Shown in pieces: positions 24,124 through 36,910 of a stretch of 64,000 nt of DNA. Positions within the stretch are counted from its first letter, which is position 1; every line of letters starts with the position of its first letter. Origin of the DNA: Mobula hypostoma (taxonomy: Eukaryota); assembly GCF_963921235.1 (NCBI RefSeq), contig NC_086128.1, forward strand, positions 41,354,001-41,418,000, written 5' to 3'. The notes under the pieces were generated by a model. It was not told the DNA's origin. It saw only the letters and a list, made by a program, of their open reading frames with translations, and did no database searches. The position numbers were made by a program, and so were the translations under genes.

Positions 24124-25027
24124 GAATTGAATTGACTTTATTACTTACATCCTTCATATACATGAGGAGTTAAAAATATTTATGTTACGTCTCCATCTAA
24201 ATGTGCAATGCATAATAATTAGTCTGTACAACAGGACAGTCAATTTAACATAGAAATACAATGGTGTCAGCATGAATTAATCAATCTGATGGCCTGATGG
24301 AAGAAGCTGCCTTGGAGCCTGTTGGTCCTGGCTTTTATGCTGTGGTACCATTTCCCAGATGGTAGCAGCTGAAACAGTTTGTGGTTGGGGTAACTCAGGT
24401 CCCCAATGATCCTTTAGGTCCTTTTTACACACCTGTCTCTGTAAATGTTCTGAATAGTGGGAAGTTCACATCTACAGATGCGCTGGGCTGTCCACACCAC
24501 TCTCTGCAGAGTCCTACGATTGAGGGAAGTACAGTTCCCATACCAGGCAGTGATGCAGCCAGTCAGGATGCTCTTAATGTGTCCCTGTAGAAAGTTCTTA
24601 GGATCTGGGGACCCATACCAAACTTCTTCAACTGTCTGAGGTGAAAGAGGTGCAGTTGTGCCTTTTTCACTACACAGCTGGTGTGTACAGACCACATGAG
24701 ATCCTCAGTGATGTTTATGCCGAGGAACTTAAAGCTGTTCACCCTCTCAACCCCAGATCCATTGATGTCAACAGGGGTTAGTCTGTCTCCATTCCTCCTA
24801 TAGTCCACAACCAGCTCCTTTGTTTTTGTGACATTGAGGGAGAGGTTGCTTTCTTGACACCACTGTGTTGGGGTGATGACTTCTTCCCTATAGGGTGCCT
24901 CATTATTATTTGAGATTAGTCCAATCAGTTGTCAGCAAATTTAATTAGCAGATTGGAGCTGTGTGTGGCGACACCATCGTGGGTGTAGAGAGAGTAAAGG
25001 AGGGGGCTTGCTACACAGCCCTGAGGG
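24124..25027 (-). mobile_element. Rex1/Babar LINE 3' fragment
   Basis: VERVNSFKFLGINITEDL.WS.HT..VVKKAQ..L..LR.LKKF and SILTGCITAWYGN; (caatt)n tail. Confidence 0.88.
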
Positions 25028-25578
25028 CTGTCCTAAAATCTTGGCATTTTCTGTTGTTACAGTATTTCAGATATTTTTGTTTTAATTTCAATGATGACAA
25101 GAAACTTGTCCTCCTAATACGCACCTGTGTAAGCATTCTCTATGTACTAAAAGTACAGTGTCTGAGTTTGGGGTGTCTTTGGTTCTCACAAGAAATTAAA
25201 AAAGTTCCCATTTTTCCAACAGATTAACTCTTCTCCAGCAGGAGACTTGTTGAACGTAGATGCAAGCTTGTAGTGATACTTAATGAGAAGAGTGTTAGAA
25301 CGATGATGGGTTCTTCTTTAATATCAGTTTGAACTGAGATTATGTGTGCTAGGGACTTGTAAATTAAGGCAATTTTGAATGCCAAAAGGTAGCAGACACA
25401 AGTGAAAGTAAATTGTACAGGAAAGCGAACTTGTAAAGGATGCTCCAATGTCCCTCTCAATTAATGGTATCTAAGGCTTTCATGAGATCTACGTATAGCA
25501 GTTGATGCCACTCTTGGCAGTTCTCTTAAAGATTCATGGATTCAAAGATTGGGCTGAATCCACTACCTTTTGTTGGAT

Positions 25579-26462
25579 TTCTTCCAGTAAGATGGCAGCA
25601 CGTATACATGCAGCGGCCTCTCAGGGGGCCACCCAAAGGTCTTTTTTCTTTAAGTGTTTTTTTTATACATAGTAAGACTATTCTTGACTCAAAAAACTAC
25701 CTGTACAGCAGGTCCACCACATCAGTGAGCTGTTTATTGTTTGGAGTAGCTTGCTGGAGTGTCATAAGAGCCAGCCTGCGGTTCAGCGAAGGCAATTCGA
25801 GCCATCGGGCAGAGAGAGTCAGGTAGGACCAAGGGATTTGAGTTGGGCCATTGGGCCGAGGGAGGCGAGTTGGACCATCAGGCCGAGGGACTCACCAGAT
25901 TGGATTCGGAAGAGCTGACCTGGGTGAAGACCATGCTGCTGCCTGCTACTCGGAGGCACTGGAGTTGATGCCATCGAGCTGACGTAAAGGTGGCATGCAG
26001 TGAAACCATGAGTGACCGTCTTGGACGTCTCTCTTATGATTATATGACTCTGTCAGACATTGATTGCCACAAGCCTGTTTCCTTTGCTTGGTGACGAGAT
26101 AGGCAGCAGGGCAGCAGTGTCACCTCGGTTGTAGTGAGGACTAGGCCTCAAGCCACGGGCTTGTGTTGTAGCGTGGCATCCGAGCTTGGTTGGGGTGGCC
26201 TCTCCCATTGGTGCTGCCCTCCAGTGTTGAATTGGTGGAATTACAGACTGGACTGCTGGGATCTATCAATTTGCGGGAGTTGTCACTCAGGGTCTTGAAC
26301 TAAAAATGTGTTTTCTTACTTGACAAAGCTTTTTTTTCTTTCTTATTATTTTGAATGTGTGTGTATGTTTTTCACCTTAGTCCTAGAGGAACGTTGTCTC
26401 GTTCGGCTGTATCTGTGTACAATTTGAGTGACAATTAAACTTAATTTGATTTGATTTTGATT
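25579..26462 (+). mobile_element. ORF-less retroposon with aagatggc head
   Basis: Begins cttccagtaagatggcagcacg and ends gtgacaattaaacttaatt(tgatt)n. GC-rich relative to flanks. Confidence 0.55.
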
Positions 26463-26469
26463 TTGCTTT

Positions 26470-27352
26470 AATTCAAAGTACATTTATTATTGAAGTATGT
26501 ATGCCGTATACAACACGGAGATTTGTCTTCCTCACAAACAGCCACGAAACAAAGAAACACCATGGAAAACATTCAAAGAAAACACCAAACACCCAACTTG
26601 CAAACAAATCGCGCAAACAGCAAAAAACACAGAATATAAAACATCCAACCACAGAGTCATTGAGACGGTCTAGGAGTGTTCAGGTTAGTTCAGTTCAGTT
26701 CGATTTAGTGCTGTGCCGTTCATTGACTGCAGGCTTTCAAGCCAGTCCACCCTGATCAAATCATACAAAATAGCAATTAAAGAATAAGAGTAACCAGAAA
26801 CCAGAAACACATCAGAACATGAACTACAGCGTCCAGTCCACAAACCGTGTCAATCAAACCTTCCCCTAGACCCAAGCCTCCTGCACCATCCTCCGGCAGC
26901 AGTGAGCAACAGGGAGAGAGAGAGAGAAAGACCAGTGAAATGCAGACACCTTCCTCGAGCAGCAGTGAGCAACAGGGAGAGAGAGAGACAGGCCAAATAC
27001 AGGCAAACGCCGCTGAACACCCGCTCACCTTCTGCTCTCAACCTTGTTGATTTCAATCTTGCTTGACGCTTTAATGGGCGAGAAATAGAGTTGACCATGG
27101 GCTTACACCCTGTCTCCAGGCTTCATGGCCTCCAGGCCACACTCCCTGCTCCAAACTTCCCCGAACTCTCTCAGACACAGCAAAGAGGCAGATCGCTCAA
27201 TCGGCCCGAAAGCACACCATCGAAACGTAAATCCCAGGTTCCAATAGTAGCAGAATCCGATTTGAAAGACGAAGAAGTAAAAGAAGCAGTTTCGTGAGCT
27301 GTCTGAAAGGTATCGCCTTTGGTCATTTTGTTCACTGGCACCATCTTCTTCA
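26470..27352 (-). mobile_element. ORF-less retroposon with Rex1/Babar-type tail
   Basis: Minus strand starts gaagaagatggtgcc and ends aatctccgtgttgtatac..aataataaatgtactttgaa, like the tail of the 28840 LINE. Internal ~62-bp duplication at 26896-26990. Confidence 0.6.
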
Positions 27353-27673
27353 GCAGTTAGGTACAGTAAAGACAGTAAAGGTCATGCCTATAGTGCTTCT
27401 AGATGGCTAGAAGTCATGCTGTGATTTGGGGAGCAGCTATTCAAACAGTGGGATGGAGTGGCCGAAGAGGACACCGGTGATGTCTTTCTCTGTGTTAGGT
27501 GGCAGGGAAAACCCAGTGTAGTGATTGTAATTAGTTCTGTCTCTTGAAGATGGTCACACTTACAGTATGCCTGAGGTCCCTTAGCATGTCCTCCTCCTCC
27601 TTTAGGCATGCAAGGTTCTGAATTTGTGACTGACGTTCCCCTCTGCCAAACTTTGCAACTAAAGCTGGGAAAT

Positions 27674-27804
27674 TCCTGCTGAGGGGTTTCAGCCCAAAAT
27701 GTCGACAATACTCTTTTCCATAGATGCTGCCTGGCCTGCTGAGTTCCTCCAGCATTTTGTGTGTGTTGCTTGGATTTCCAGCATCTGCAGATTTTCTGTT
27801 GTTT
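27674..27804 (+). mobile_element. PLE 3'-end fragment starting at a decayed HHR
   Basis: tcctgctgaggggtttcagcccaaaatgtcgac..tagatgctgcctggcctgctgagttcctccagca..cagcatctgcag. Confidence 0.8.
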
Positions 27805-27814
27805 GTTAATTAGC

Positions 27815-28370
27815 AATATGGAGTAGGACTAGGCCATTTTCACCATGTTTTCTTCCAGTATCTGTCCATTATTTTAGCCATCAGTACAATATCTTCTTTT
27901 TGAATCCATTTAATTCCTGTGGCCTCAAATGCCTTCTGTGGCAGAGAATTCCACAGGTTCATCACTCTTAGGATGAAGAAATTTCACCTCATCTCAACCT
28001 AAATGGTATATCTTTTATCCATAACCCTGGATTTGGCCTTCTCCACCTCTGGGAAAACCCATTTTGCATCTTGCTTGCCCAGTCCAGTGAGGATTTGAAA
28101 AGGTTTAATGATTCGGGTCAGTATAATCCCAATTGGCCCAGTCTCTCTTCATACTTAATTCGTGGCATCCCACGAACCAGTCAGAATGCTGCACTCCTTC
28201 CAGAGTAAGAACATTTTTTCTCAGATAAGGAGATCAAAACTAAACACAGTAGTTAAGATGTAGTCTCACCAAGGAATCACATTATTATGGCAAGACATCC
28301 TTGCTCCTGTAGTTAATCTCTCTTGCTCTGAAAGTCAACATGCCACTCCCCTCTTATGGTGTTACATACC
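27815..28370 (-). mobile_element. Old CR1 3' fragment
   Basis: ggcagagaattccacaggttcatcactct and tagtctcaccaagg match the CR1 3' region. Confidence 0.65.
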
Positions 28371-28463
28371 TGCTGTAGTATCCAAATCACTCTGGAACCT
28401 CTCTGTTTACCCACCACCCCCCCACCCAATAGCTAATACTCCCCTCTTCCCCCGCATAATCTC

Positions 28464-28594
28464 AAATAAGAGAAAATCTGCAGGTGCTGGAAATCAAAGC
28501 AACACACAGAAAATGCTGGAGGAACTCAGAAGGCCAGGCAGCATTTATGGAAGAGAGTACAGTTGACATTTATGACCAAGACCTTCATCAGGAC
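28464..28594 (-). mobile_element. PLE 3'-end fragment ending at the HHR
   Basis: ctgcaggtgctggaaat..tgctggaggaactcag..ccttcatcaggac (gtcCTGATGAagg on the minus strand). Confidence 0.8.
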
Positions 28595-28839
28595 ACTCAT
28601 ACTACATTTGATTCATTCATATAAATCATGAATATATATGTTTTCAAAGCCTGTTTCTATTCAGTTGTTATACACCCTTTTTGGTTTCTTCTTGGTGCAG
28701 GGATGGGAGTGAGCATTAATGGCTAGTTTGATGTGAAATGGAGTCAAAGACACATGCCGAGAAAAGTTTCTTGGTCAAGGCATTCTACAAAGTCTCCAGA
28801 GGGTTTTGACTATTTCGGAATCCTGGGTAAATTCCCCTT

Positions 28840-29540
28840 TCAGAGGTTCAAAGTAAATTTATTTTTAAGTACATAAATGTCACCATATACGACACTGAGA
28901 TTCATTTTCTTGTGGGCATTCTTAGTAAACGCAAGAAACACAACAGAATCAATGAAAGACCACACCCAACAGGACAGACAGACAACCAATGTGCAAAAGA
29001 TAATGAACAATGCAAATTCAAAATGAGAAAAAAACATAATAATAATAAATAATTGAACAATAAATATCCAGAATGTCAGTTGTAGAGTCAGTTGTAAGTC
29101 CATAGGTTGTAGGAACATTTCAATGATGGGGCAAATGAATTTGAGTGAAGTGACCCCTTTGGTTCAAGAGCCTGATGGTTGTGGGGTAATAATGGTTCCT
29201 GAACCTGGTAATGTGAGTCCTGAGGCTCCTGCACCTTCTTCCTGATGGCAGCAGCAAGAAGAAAGCCTGTCCTGGGTGGTGGAGGTCCCTGATGATGGAC
29301 GCTGCTTTCCTGCAACAGCGTTTCATGTAGATGTGCTCAATGCTGGGGAGGACTTTACTCATGATGGACTGGGCCGTATCATCTACTTTTTGTAGGATTT
29401 TCCATTCAAGAGCATTGGTTTCTCCATACCAGGATGTGATGCAGCTAGTTAATATGCCCTTCACCATACATCTATAGAAGTTTGTCAAAGTTTTAGATGT
29501 CATGCAGAATCCTTGCAAACCTCTAATAAAGTAGAGGCAA
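28840..29540 (-). mobile_element. Rex1/Babar LINE 3' fragment
   Basis: ORF 29120-29518: NFYRC..ILTSCITSWYG..LLPSGRRCRSLRTHITRFRN.YYPTTIRLLN. Confidence 0.88.
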
Positions 29541-29814
29541 ACTCAAATTTTGCTGACTGCAGTTTCAGTCAGAAAATACAGTCAACAAAATTAACACCTG
29601 TGACAAGACTCTTGGCTTTTCTCCCTGAAAACATCAGGTCTGCTTTGACGAGAATGCCGGGTGATCCAGGAGTTAATTAAGTTCAAACTCAGGTTGTTCT
29701 CCAGTTAGGAACAGAAACAATTCTACAGGCACCTGAAGGCTGACGTCCAACAGAAAATCCCCAACCTAAAGAGCATTCAGTAACTTACTGATTGCATTAA
29801 TGCAATGACTGTTA

Positions 29815-31105
29815 GAAGTGATTGCACACTTTCTCAGGGAGAGGACTAATGATCACTTGAAAGGGCAGGGAGAAATCAGTGATCACCAAGATGACTTTGT
29901 TAAGGACATGTCCTGTCTAACTAATTTGATTGAATTCTTTGAAGAGGTGACGAATCGTATCAATGAGAACAGAGCAGTAGATGTGATTTCCATGGACTTT
30001 AGTAAAGCCTTCCACAAGGTCATAACTGAGAGGCTGGTTCAACAGGTTAGGACTTATGAGGTCCAGGGCGAATTGGCCAACTGGATCTGAAGTTGACTTG
30101 GCAATAGGAAGTAGAGGGTGATGGGTTTTGCGACTGGATACCTGTGATAGGTTGTGTTCCACAAGGAGTGTAGGAAGCCTTGCTGTTTGTAATACAGTAC
30201 CTGTGAATGACTTGGATGTAGCTGTCAGATACCAGTTTGTGGATGACACAAAAATTGGTAAAGTTGTTGATAGTGTGGAAGGTAGTCTTGGGCAGCAGGG
30301 AAATATCGGTGTTTTGGTGAAATGGGCTAAAAGAATGGCAGATGAAGTTTAATCCAGTCAAATGTCAGGTAATGCATTTTGGAAGAAGCATTGAGACTGT
30401 GACATGTGACATGAATGGTTGGGTCTTAGGAAGTATTGAGGAACAGGGGAACAAGACATTGATTCTTGAAGGTGTCAAAGCATTTAGACAACGTGGCTAG
30501 GAAGGCAAAGTGACACTGTTCTTTGTTAGTTGACCATTGAATACAGGAGGAAGTTCATGCTCCAATCTTATAAAGCATTGATCAGACCTCAGTTAGTGCA
30601 CAATATGCAGTTCTGGTCACCAAGGTACAGAAAGGATGTAATAGCGCTGCAGAGGATTTACCAGTATGTTTCCAGGGATGGAGCAAGTTAGTTATAGGGG
30701 AGACTGGAGAAGATGGGTGTTTTCTTCCTGAACCAGAGGATACGAAGAGGAGATTGAAGTATATAAAATTATGAGGGATATAGATATGGTAGACTGCGGA
30801 AAAGATTTCCCTATATCGGACATTGATAAAAGTAGGGGATATAGGTTTAGGATTAAGGGTGAGAGATTCACAGAGGATATGAGGGGGAACTTCTTCACCC
30901 AGAAAATGTTAAGTACCTGGAATGCTCTTCTGGAGAAAGTGGGTGAACTGGGTTAGTTGACAGCAGTTTAGAAATGACCTGATGAATACTTAAAATTCCT
31001 CAGACATAGGCAGCTATGGACCAAGTGCTGGGAGAAGGGATTAATACGGAATTGTGCATGGATAAGTTGGGCTCAATGGCCTGTTTCTATACTGTACAAT
31101 TTTAT
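29815..31105 (+). mobile_element. Decayed CR1 LINE (RT to 3' end)
   Basis: SCLTNLIEFFEEVT..MDFSKAFHKV, FVDDTKIG and RGNFFTQ..WNAL. Confidence 0.88.
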
Positions 31106-31559
31106 TATGCCTATGACCACTACCTGGAAGAAGCCTGAGACTGAAATTTCAGGGCCATCAAACAGTTGACTGGTTCCAAAGATGATCTTGTTGCCCAACT
31201 ATGTGGCTAAAGTTGTGTTTGCAGGCCTCCATGACCATCTTCTTCATTAAACCAGTCCAAAATATTATTTGTCACTCAAGTATACATGGAAAGTTTGATC
31301 CCTAAACAGAGAAATTACTGAACACACTCACCAGGTCAGGCAGCCTCTATGGAAAAAAGAAACAATTAATGCTCTAAGTCTTAGTTGCATCAGCTGAACA
31401 CCCCCTAAACACCTTAGCTGGATGGAGTTCTCCTCCTCCTCCTTTTAGCAAGATGGACATACCTTTTCTCCTGATCATGATTGATTCCCAGTGCCGTATC
31501 AAGACCAAACTCATGTCTGTTGCTCATGAGGTTTACATGCCTGCAATCATAGATTACAC

Positions 31560-31772
31560 AGAATATAGAACATAGAACATTACAGCAGAGTACAAGCTCT
31601 CTGGCACACAAAATTGTGCCAAACTTTTAACCTACATTAAGATCAATCTAACCCTTCCCTCCTACATAACCCTCCATTTTTCTCTCATCCATATGCCTAT
31701 CTAAGAGTTTCTTAAGTGTTCCTAATGTATCTGACTTTACCACCGGTCCTGATAGGGCACTCCATGCACACA
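31560..31772 (-). mobile_element. CR1 3' end
   Basis: (atagaac)n tail; LGTLKKLLDRHMDERKMEGY. Confidence 0.8.
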
Positions 31773-33689
31773 TATATTCCTCCAACCACATTAAAGTTAT
31801 GCTCCCTCTAGCTTCAAAACCCGTTGTACAACGAATAATGTCACAGTCTCCCTTCTGCAATGGGTGTTTGTGCACAATGCAACTGATGGCAAGAGTTGTA
31901 CGAAAATGTGCACATGTGACTCAACTAGAAAACAAGCTATTTTGACATCTGTAGCATTGAATAATGCAATGAATCAAGGTCAGACCTGGTGGTGTACAAA
32001 CGTGTTTATACGAGCATTTGTGAAGTTAATTAGTTAAAGCTGAGGGACAATGTTATCACAGACAATCATTTTCAACCATTTAAGTATCAAAATAGAATTA
32101 AGTACAGTAATGTCACTCAACATAAACATGAATCAATCCTAAAAATGGAAAGTTAATGGAATTATTACCTCATTGCAATTTACATTGACTTCCCCATCTT
32201 TCCCACGTCCTGAAAGGGATATAAAATAAACAAGGGTGGTTCCTTCAGATCATGGCAACATCAGTCTTCATACACAGCAATAATCATTTCCTGTTGACTG
32301 GATGTTGAGTGTCATGTGGGTATTCCCAATTCCCATAAATCTGTTTGGAAAATAAAAGCCACATGTGGTTCTGTTCCTATTTTGGAACTATTTCGTGATT
32401 CTACAAGATGGGAGATCGAAAGACAAAACTTCATTTAAAAGTTGAAATTGTTGGACACATGAGCATTCAGCTACTATTGAACATGTTCTCTCGCACATGT
32501 GTTGGCACTTGAAAGGCTTTCTCTCACAGGGAAATAGCACCTTCTTCTTCCGTACCAAATCCACCAAAGCAGCACTAGACAAACCGGGCACCTTGTCAAT
32601 GTTCCAGACAGTTCTTTCTGCAACCAGAACACCCCTGCCCCTTTAAGAGGCAGCTCTGCACATACCACAACCCCAAAACATTTCCGCACCCCTATCACAT
32701 TGCCCTACCCCAGTCAAAACAGATGTGCATCAAATGAATGAAACATTCTTGTAGTTTGCAAGTTGGATTATTTAATAAGGTCCCAGAACTAATTCAAAAT
32801 TGTTCACTGGAGTCAAATACAATTCACCTCACCCGCCACTATATCCCTCTCTCCCCACTATTCACCTCCTGCACCCATCTAAGGCACATACAAAAGTCTT
32901 ACCCCTTATTTTCCACAGAAGTAACTGGAAAGTGATACCAAACAACAGCAGGGATGAAAAGATTGAATGTACTGTTTATCTTTTGTCGAGAAAAGAGGAG
33001 ACCAAAGGGGGATTCTTAAACTATGAAAAAGTCTTTCTAAGGTAGACATAGTGTAAATATTCCTACAGGTGGGTTAGTTCAAAATTCAGGACCTAAATGC
33101 ATGAAAGTCTAAAATAAAACTAAATCAGGCAAACAAATCAAATGAGGCAAATAGCATTTAAGAATCCATATTAGCACACAGGGAAGTTTATATTAAGTAA
33201 GAGTAGAACTAGTTGCTCAGAATTGCCTGTTTCTTAATAATTCCACCATGATTAAAACACTTCTTGATTTACAGGCACAATGTAATTGATAATTTATATA
33301 AAAGTGTAAGTTTTTAACTCACTCAAAACTGACATGAAATACTAACATTCAACAAAGGGAATGTTTATAAATGTCCATTCATAGTTAACATTTGTAATCA
33401 AAATCCAAATGAACTTGAAAAGAATCATTCGGATACACACTTTTCTATGGTTTTCCACTGAAATGACTTCATAATGTTTGAATTACTGAAATTTGCATTT
33501 ATTTGAGCCTTCATGAAGCCAGTGGCCTAAGTCCTGGCTAGAATAGATTTTAAATTACATTTAACAATATTGCTTTGCCATCTTTTTGTGTCAATACTTT
33601 CTCTGAATATTGGCAACATCAAAACAAGGCTGCAGTACTGGCTAATGAGAAAGAGTTAGTATTTAGGTACAGCAAGATATTACGAAGGC

Positions 33690-34232
33690 AAGTGGAATGC
33701 TAATCTTTACTGCAAGGGCAATGGGGCATAAGAAAAGGAAATTTTGCTTACAGCTTCCAAGGCTTTGTGTCACCAGCATGGAGTACTTCTTAGTTTTGGT
33801 TTCCTTCCTTAAGAAATAGACAGCAGGGATGGAGCAGCAAAGGTTCATTAAATTTTGGAATGAGCATACTATCGTCTGAAGAAAGATTGAGCAGAATGCC
33901 TCAAATGTAGAAGAATGAAAAAGGAACTAATTCACTGGTCTGACAAGTAAATTTAGTCAGTGTTTCCTCCAAAGGGCAAGTATGGAAGGCCAGCCAGAAT
34001 CTCAGGACAACAGGTCACACACATAAAACTGGGATAGAGATTACATCCTTTAGAGGGCAGTACATCTTTGGAATTGTTTACCCAGGGAGTGGTGAATATT
34101 GACTCATTTAGTCTAGAGGGGAATCAAGAATCATGAGAATCAGGCAGGAAAATGGAGCTGGGTCTGTGAAAGGATTGGCCTTGATTTCATTGAATGGTAG
34201 GACAGGCTTAAGGAGCAATATGTCTGCCTCCT
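33690..34232 (+). mobile_element. Very old CR1 3' fragment
   Basis: Degenerate ggagtac..ttttggtttcct, tttggaattgtttaccc and ttgaatggtaggacaggcttaagg. Confidence 0.55.
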
Positions 34233-36527
34233 GTGACTGTTGCACAGTGTGAGTTATTTGTATATTACATAATCACAAATAATTCACAAATTAGCAGCAT
34301 GCAAGATGGACCACAAAGGCATGCATTGAAATGCACAGCTTTCTCATTCTCAATTCTGATCCATTACAAAAAAAACTTTGATAAACGAAAACAAGCATCT
34401 GATTTATAAGTTCATCAAAAACATCCTCTAGCTCTGATTTATTGATTCTTCGAAGTGACCTTTGTGCTCACAGTGAAGTGTTATGAAATGAGCATTTAGT
34501 AGTCAACTTGAAAGCTGTTGCAATACCAAATCAATGGATCTTCTGAGGTACCTTCTCTGCCACTGGACAACATTTGCAATTTAATTTAATCTACATGAGT
34601 AGTACAGAAGGAATATAGTATTTTGGTGGTAATGTTATATGTACATTAAAAACTGCCTGAACTACAAAGAAATGCACATTTAAGCACTGCAGTATAGAAC
34701 ATGTAGAACTAATGCTTGGTTGAAAATATATTTGAACACTCTTAATTGAATTTCTAATGAAATGGGCCTACAGTAATAATTGCTTCCTACTTCAGCACTA
34801 ATTGGTAATCTTGCAACATAATGAGTGTTGAAAATGGAATGAAACATCACTCGAGTGTTCATATGATTGGGGCGAAGCTGCATTGTCAGGACTGTGTGGA
34901 GGGAGCTTTATTCTGCAGCTCTCTTGTCAAATGCTTATTTATGATATAAAAAGACTTCTACAGCCTGAGAACCAGTACCCTTATCTTAAGGAGAACCATA
35001 TTAACCTGAATGTACAATGCAGAATATTGGAACAAAAGGACTTTACATTTGAGGTCACATTTGAAAAATAATGTGCCAATCCTAGGCTTTTGATTTTGTT
35101 CTTTTACCTGCCTCTTCAGGATTTTGTTTGAACTTACATGCTCCTAAGTCCTTTAAAATGATATTGCAGTCTCCCTGCATATCACCTTGGAGTGACACAA
35201 TTGGATTTTTTTTTATCCCAATTCACCTTATAATTACAATCTCCTTCAATCCACAAGTTTAAGACTTAAACTCGAGATTGCCTAAGCATCATTCCTTTGC
35301 TCCTACTTTTTTCAACCCATATAGTGCCCTCCCCCAACAAGTCTTTATATATTCCTGAACACCTTCAATGAAAAGTAATGAGGCAGATTTTGCTCTAACG
35401 TATTTTACAACAAATGCCCTAACATCCTCTAGCTCAAAAATGCCCCATAGATCAATTTGCTAAAGATGCTTGCTGGTATCCTGTTGGAAGACATGCAACT
35501 AGAGAGTTTCAGAAAGGAAAACAAGAAAAAAGTAAAATTAAAATTCTGGTATTATTAAATTATCCCTGAAAATTTCAAAGCATGAAGGAATGCGCTTGCA
35601 GTTTTCAGACCCAGAGAGATGATGCCAGTTATCAGCACATATATCGTTAGAAACGTACATAAACTCTCTTGGCAAGACTTCTTACAATGACTTTACTGGG
35701 CAGTTGAGCTAGTACCAACTGCTCTTCGTGATCAGCTTTCATACTCTCCACTCTTTACACTAGAAGTGTTTCCTGGTCTTCACACCAAAAGACCTATTCC
35801 TACATTCCATAAAAAGCCTCTATTTCCCTATCCAGAAATAAAAACATTATTACAATACATTAACTTAAAGCGAGCGTGCGCTGCTTGCTGTGAGCTTACT
35901 CCAATTTTAAAACAACTTTTGACACAATAGGACCTGAAATACTAATTTAAAATTCTGGCTTAGAACTCACTGGATGAAAATGTTGGCTGGTTTATTTCTG
36001 GGAAAACAGGCAGTTCCCCGTCAATGGTGCTGTGATTAATTTAGAAAAACTTGTATTTATACAACCCATTCAACATGGAAAAACATTGCAAAAGTTTTCT
36101 CAGGAGTTTAGGGCAGTTTTAATGGAGGAAAGAGGTTTATCAAAGGAATTTCAGAGCCTAGGACTGAGGTAGATATAGGCTCAGCTGCCACTGGTGGGCA
36201 ATGCAGATAGAGTTCTCAGTGGTTGTAAGGTTGAAAAAAATGTGGCGATATTTCATCATGAAAGCAATCCTTTTACAATTGATTCACAGGTGGCTGGGAA
36301 ACAAAGGAGCATGGAGGGTCATGAATGAATGAATGAGATTTCTATTACATCTCATTTCCAGACTTCTGCTGACTGACCACATAACAGGGAGGCAGAGTGA
36401 CCTGCTATTCCACATGAAAGCAGTACCTACAAGCAAGTTATTACATGCAATAAATATATGGAATGTATGGAAAACACAGGGAGCTGCTTCAAAAGCATGC
36501 AATTCTCACTGCCAGTTTTTCCCTTTG

Positions 36528-36910
36528 GTGCTAGATCCAGGCAAGAACAGAGCAACAAACAAGAAGCTGGAGGAGCTCAGAAGGTCAGGCAGTATTGGTG
36601 GGAGGAAATGGACAGTACACCTTTTGGATTGAAACACTGCATCTAGATGGACACATAGAGGTGAGGCAGTCAATATAAAGAGATGAGGGGAAGGGATTGG
36701 GCAAGACCTGATAACGGATTGGTGGATCTAGGTGAGGAGGCGTGGTAGGTAAGTGGAGGAGGGAAGGGTAGAAATAGCGTCAGAGGCTGAGAAGTCTTGA
36801 TGAAGGGAACAAAGTGTTGCAGATGATGGAATCTGATAAGAATGGAAGGTGGAGCATGGAATCAAGTAAGGGAGGAGGTGACTGCAGCTGGAAACAATGG
36901 GGGAAGGGGC
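36528..36910 (-). mobile_element. Old PLE 3' UTR fragment
   Basis: aagctggaggagctcagaaggtcaggcag..aaatggacagt followed by a purine-rich tract like 4590-4800. Confidence 0.6.
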
